Below are positions 40,016 to 42,634 of a stretch of DNA of 42,634 nucleotides, piece by piece; the stretch's first letter is position 1, and every line of letters begins with the position of its first letter. Position numbers and translations under genes: made by a program. This DNA is from an uncultured Gammaproteobacteria bacterium (GTDB lineage Bacteria > Patescibacteriota > Patescibacteriia > SBBC01 > JACPUP01): NCBI GenBank assembly GCA_964457305.1, contig CAYWEH010000003.1, forward strand, positions 13,908 through 56,541. Reading direction: 5' to 3'. The notes beneath the pieces are model-generated. The model was not told the DNA's origin, made no database searches, and saw nothing but the letters and a program-made list of their open reading frames with translations.

Positions 40016-41005
40016 TTAGACGACCGGAGCAACCGGCAGGACGTGCGGCGGACGACTGTCGAGGAAGCAGATGAGGTCAGACCGCCACTCGCTGATAATA
40101 TCTTGGATGTCTTTTTTATGGACTTCGGGCCGTCCGCCGAATCGTTCCGGGTGGGCGATGGCCTCAAGACGTACTTTCGCCGATGCTTCGTCAATGAGGT
40201 CAATCGCCTTATCCGGGAAGTACCGGTCTTTAAGGCAGGAATCGGACAGGAGCACCGCTTGCTCGATGGCCTCATCCGTGATCATCACCGAATGGTGGTT
40301 CTCATAGCGGGCGCGCAAGCCGCGGAGAATCTGGATGGTCTCGGAAGCGCTCGGCTCGTTCACGTGGACTGGTTGAAAACGCCGTTCCAGCGTGACATCG
40401 TGTTCAATGTATTTTTTGTATTCTCCCGGCGTGGTCGCGCCGATGGCTTGGAGTTCACCGCGCGCCAGGGCCGGTTTCAAGATATCAGCCGCGTCAATGG
40501 CCCCAGTTGCTTCGCCGGCTTCGGCCAGCTGTTGCACCTCGTCAATGAAGAGGATGATGTTCCGCTTCGCTCCGACGATCTCGTTCAGAACAAGTTTGAG
40601 GCGTTTTTCAAACTCGCCGCGGTATTTGGTACCTGCGACCAAGGCGGATAGGTCCAGGGAAATGACCCGCTTGAGTTTCAGCGTGCCTGGCACGTCGCCG
40701 CGGGCAATCATGTTCGCCAGTTCCTCGACAATGGCGGTCTTGCCGACGCCGGAGCTGCCGATCAGCACCGGGTTATTTTTTGTCCGGCGGGAGAGGATTT
40801 GAATGACGCGCTGGATCTCGTGTTCGCGTCCGACCACCGGGTCGAGCTTGTTTTCACGCGCCAGCCTGGTCAAATCTTTTGAGAATTGGTCGAGCGTCGG
40901 CGTCAGGGACTTCTCGCGCATGTTTTCTTTGTAGAGCCAGGCCCCGACCCCGGCGAACACCAAACCGACCGAAATGTAGGTGAGGATCGGCGGCAGGTCG
41001 AACAT
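40016..41005 (-). CDS. Membrane-anchored single-module AAA+ ATPase (Clp/Hsp100 D1-like)
   Basis: N-terminal TM helix ([19 protein letters not shown]), [18 protein letters not shown], Walker A GSSGVGKT, Walker [30 protein letters not shown]. There is no N-domain, D2 module or ClpP loop. Confidence 0.8.
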   Translation of the reverse strand: MFDLPPILTYISVGLVFAGVGAWLYKENMREKSLTPTLDQFSKDLTRLARENKLDPVVGREHEIQRVIQILSRRTKNNPVLIGSSGVGKTAIVEELANMIARGDVPGTLKLKRVISLDLSALVAGTKYRGEFEKRLKLVLNEIVGAKRNIILFIDEVQQLAEAGEATGAIDAADILKPALARGELQAIGATTPGEYKKYIEHDVTLERRFQPVHVNEPSASETIQILRGLRARYENHHSVMITDEAIEQAVLLSDSCLKDRYFPDKAIDLIDEASAKVRLEAIAHPERFGGRPEVHKKDIQDIISEWRSDLICFLDSRPPHVLPVAPVV

Positions 41006-41008
41006 GGG

Positions 41009-41200
41009 TTACTTTGTTTCGAACGACCGGTCGGTGGGTGGGTTCAGCTTCGTCGCGGTCTTCGAACCGTTGGCGACAAGCGTGGCGATGCCGGCGACAA
41101 TGGCGCTGGCGAGCACCATGGTCGCGGTGGCGACGATGAACCCGACGGCAATTTTCTGGTGCGTTGCCATCTTGGTTGCGGTCGCGGCGGCTTTAGACAT
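41009..41200 (-). CDS. 63-aa membrane protein
   Basis: One or two hydrophobic helices (IAVGFIVATATMVLASAIVAGIATLV). It is packed within 4 nt of both neighbouring genes. Confidence 0.5.
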   Translation of the reverse strand: MSKAAATATKMATHQKIAVGFIVATATMVLASAIVAGIATLVANGSKTATKLNPPTDRSFETK

Positions 41201-41204
41201 AGGG

Positions 41205-42089
41205 TTAGAGGACGTTGCGCTGGCGCAGGTAGTCTAGCATACCGAGGGCGGCAATGACGAGCGTGCCACCCAGGAGCCAAAAGGCCAGGGGGTGTTCGAG
41301 GAGGGGAGTGGTCATCGAGCCAAAGCCAAAGGTGGTGGCGACCAGGACTAGGACCACAACGATGGCGCCGAGCGTTTGGTAACGCCGCACCGTCTTTTGC
41401 AGATGTGGGGGTACGGTGTGTATCCGTCGCAGCGTCGGTTGCCGGAAGGGCACTGGCCCGAAGAGTGCGGCTAGGTCACGGCTGCGATTGGCAACGGCAT
41501 CAATTGCGAGAACGATCGTCTGCACGGCGGCTCCCGCGCGGTCGGCAATGCGTCCGATCGGCTGGCGGAGCGAATCGAGAATCCCCTGGAGGTCTGAAGC
41601 GTTGCGACTGGCCAACGCCCGTTCGCGTCGAACGGTCAAACGCATTTCTTGATCGGTCAGTACCGTCAAATGCTCGACGTCACTGGCGAGCAGGTTGAAG
41701 GCGTGCTGACTCACCAAGCAGACGCGCTCGGCAATGTGCGCGAGTTGAGTTGCCGGTGCTGTGTGGGCGTTCAGACGCGTGAGATCGAATAGGTCGCGCT
41801 CGTCTGGCCCTTGAGGGAGCAGGGTGATGAGTTGTCGTTCGGTCAGAATGGCATAGAGGCCGCGCGTTTCGATTTCCCGCGTCGCCCGGTTGTAGGCAGG
41901 TGCGACCAGCGTGCAAAAGAGATAGCCAGGGCGCTCCAGACACTGCGGTCGGGTGGCTCGCGTCTCAATCGTATGGATATCCGCTGGAGCGAACGAAGGC
42001 AGGTTCGTTTTCAGCGTACGCAAAAGAGCCGGGGTAATCCGGTCATAGCCCTGCCACGCGCTGTTTGGATTGATTGCCGAATCGGCCAT
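41205..42089 (-). CDS. CorA-superfamily-like membrane protein lacking the GMN motif
   Basis: The preferred start is MADSAINPNS at 42089. It has a CorA-like cytoplasmic domain (RP..LERPGYLFCTLV...LYAILTERQLITL). Two C-terminal TMs are separated by a short loop, where FGFGSM replaces YGMN. The tail is basic (RQRNVL). Confidence 0.5.
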   Translation of the reverse strand: MADSAINPNSAWQGYDRITPALLRTLKTNLPSFAPADIHTIETRATRPQCLERPGYLFCTLVAPAYNRATREIETRGLYAILTERQLITLLPQGPDERDLFDLTRLNAHTAPATQLAHIAERVCLVSQHAFNLLASDVEHLTVLTDQEMRLTVRRERALASRNASDLQGILDSLRQPIGRIADRAGAAVQTIVLAIDAVANRSRDLAALFGPVPFRQPTLRRIHTVPPHLQKTVRRYQTLGAIVVVLVLVATTFGFGSMTTPLLEHPLAFWLLGGTLVIAALGMLDYLRQRNVL

Positions 42090-42123
42090 GGTTTTTATTT
42101 TATTTTTTGTTTCAGCGCCAATC

Positions 42124-42152
42124 AGTATAGCATAGTTTTCGAAAGATTGCAA
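42124..42152 (-). promoter_or_regulatory. Strong sigma70-like promoter of the corA-like/AAA/cysS/dus operon
   Basis: On the minus strand: TTGCAA (42152-42147), a 17-nt spacer, then TATACT (42129-42124). The surrounding sequence is AT-rich. Confidence 0.6.
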
Positions 42153-42169
42153 GAAAAAAAGCGCCTTGA

Positions 42170-42216
42170 AAAATGAATTAAGGGTCTCGCAGCACATTCC
42201 TTGTGCGTTGAGACCC
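42170..42216 (-). terminator. Rho-independent terminator after the lipoprotein gene
   Basis: On the minus strand GGGTCTC...GAGACCC forms the stem (42216-42182), with an inner GCACA/TGTGC pairing. TTAATTCATTTTT follows. Confidence 0.55.
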
Positions 42217-42261
42217 TCATGTTCGTGCTCCCTCGAATCCGTTCGGGGGAGTTGCTCGCGC

Positions 42262-42634
42262 TCACGGGCACACCTGGTGCGGTTCCGGGTACAGATCGAT
42301 ACAGTACCGATCCACCTCTGGCCGCGCCTCGACCGTCACTACGATCGAGTACCAAGACTGCCATCCCTGGCTTGCCACCTGGGTTTGGACCCAGTACTTG
42401 TGGGGGCCAATCGGGACGTACCGGTCGGGCTGCGCCATTCCCGGATAGATGACCGCGTCAAAGTGACGCACGTAGAAGTCATTATCCGCGGAATCGCCTA
42501 CCACCCGGACGTTGACGTACGCCCGGTTGATGAAGTAGATGTCCTTGGCTCCACTCGGGAGGTTAGGACCGTTGATCTCGAGGTACATATTATTGCACCC
42601 CGAGCTGGCGACCGCGACGAGCGCGATTGCGATG
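42262..42634 (-). CDS. Small lipoprotein, N-terminus outside window
   Basis: The frame stays open upstream of the track Met to the window edge. It reads ...IAIALVAVASSGC|NNMYLE, a lipobox-type signal peptide. Confidence 0.6.
   Translation of the reverse strand, partial: IAIALVAVASSGCNNMYLEINGPNLPSGAKDIYFINRAYVNVRVVGDSADNDFYVRHFDAVIYPGMAQPDRYVPIGPHKYWVQTQVASQGWQSWYSIVVTVEARPEVDRYCIDLYPEPHQVCP

Noticed and set aside
1-42634. CRISPR arrays, transposases, integrases, reverse transcriptases, toxin-antitoxin pairs and known defence-system genes.
   Set aside because: I found no regularly spaced direct repeats and none of these protein signatures in any of the listed ORFs. The only nuclease-like accessory gene is the small GIY-YIG ORF.

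Overview
This is a 42.6-kb, gene-dense, GC-rich bacterial chromosome segment. GC content was judged by eye, not computed. It uses the standard genetic code; TGA acts as a stop in many ATGA start/stop overlaps.

Gene content is mostly housekeeping:
- Replication, repair and segregation: rplU, recR, dnaB, a DnaQ-like exonuclease, scpA, scpB.
- Translation: asnS-aspS, cysS, dus, and a YbaK-like deacylase.
- Glycolysis: tpiA-fba-gap.
- Heat shock: a long hrcA-grpE-hsp20-dnaK-dnaJ operon with a clear sigma70-like promoter and a CIRCE operator.

The accessory-looking parts are:
1. An efflux island next to tRNA-Lys. It holds a minimal adaptor, two RND pumps, an embedded ABC-2 exporter with a fused ectodomain, and a divergent P-type ATPase.
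2. A tRNA-Glu locus carrying a tRNA 5'-half remnant, GC hairpins and a small GIY-YIG ORF.
3. An insertion-like segment inside the dnaK operon. It contains an AT-richer small ORF, a heptad-based inverted repeat, and a duplicated 5' end of the DUF3467 gene.
4. Two tandem secreted DUF5666-like paralogs.
5. An operon of a CorA-like protein, a micro-membrane protein and a membrane-anchored single-AAA Clp-like ATPase.

Several proteins have reduced architectures:
- AspRS lacks the bacterial insertion domain.
- HrcA is only 245 aa.
- The Clp-like ATPase has only a D1 module.
- The RND adaptor is reduced to its membrane-proximal parts.

Together with the DUF3467, DUF5666 and DUF4352 proteins, this suggests a streamlined genome such as CPR/Patescibacteria. 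That is an inference, not shown here. I saw no rRNA, CRISPR array, transposase, integrase or reverse transcriptase. No single obvious novel system stands out. The strongest leads are the efflux island, the structured non-coding DNA around tRNA-Lys, the tRNA-Glu/GIY-YIG locus and the heptad inverted-repeat/duplication element. All family assignments come from motif recognition by eye and need HMM or structure confirmation.
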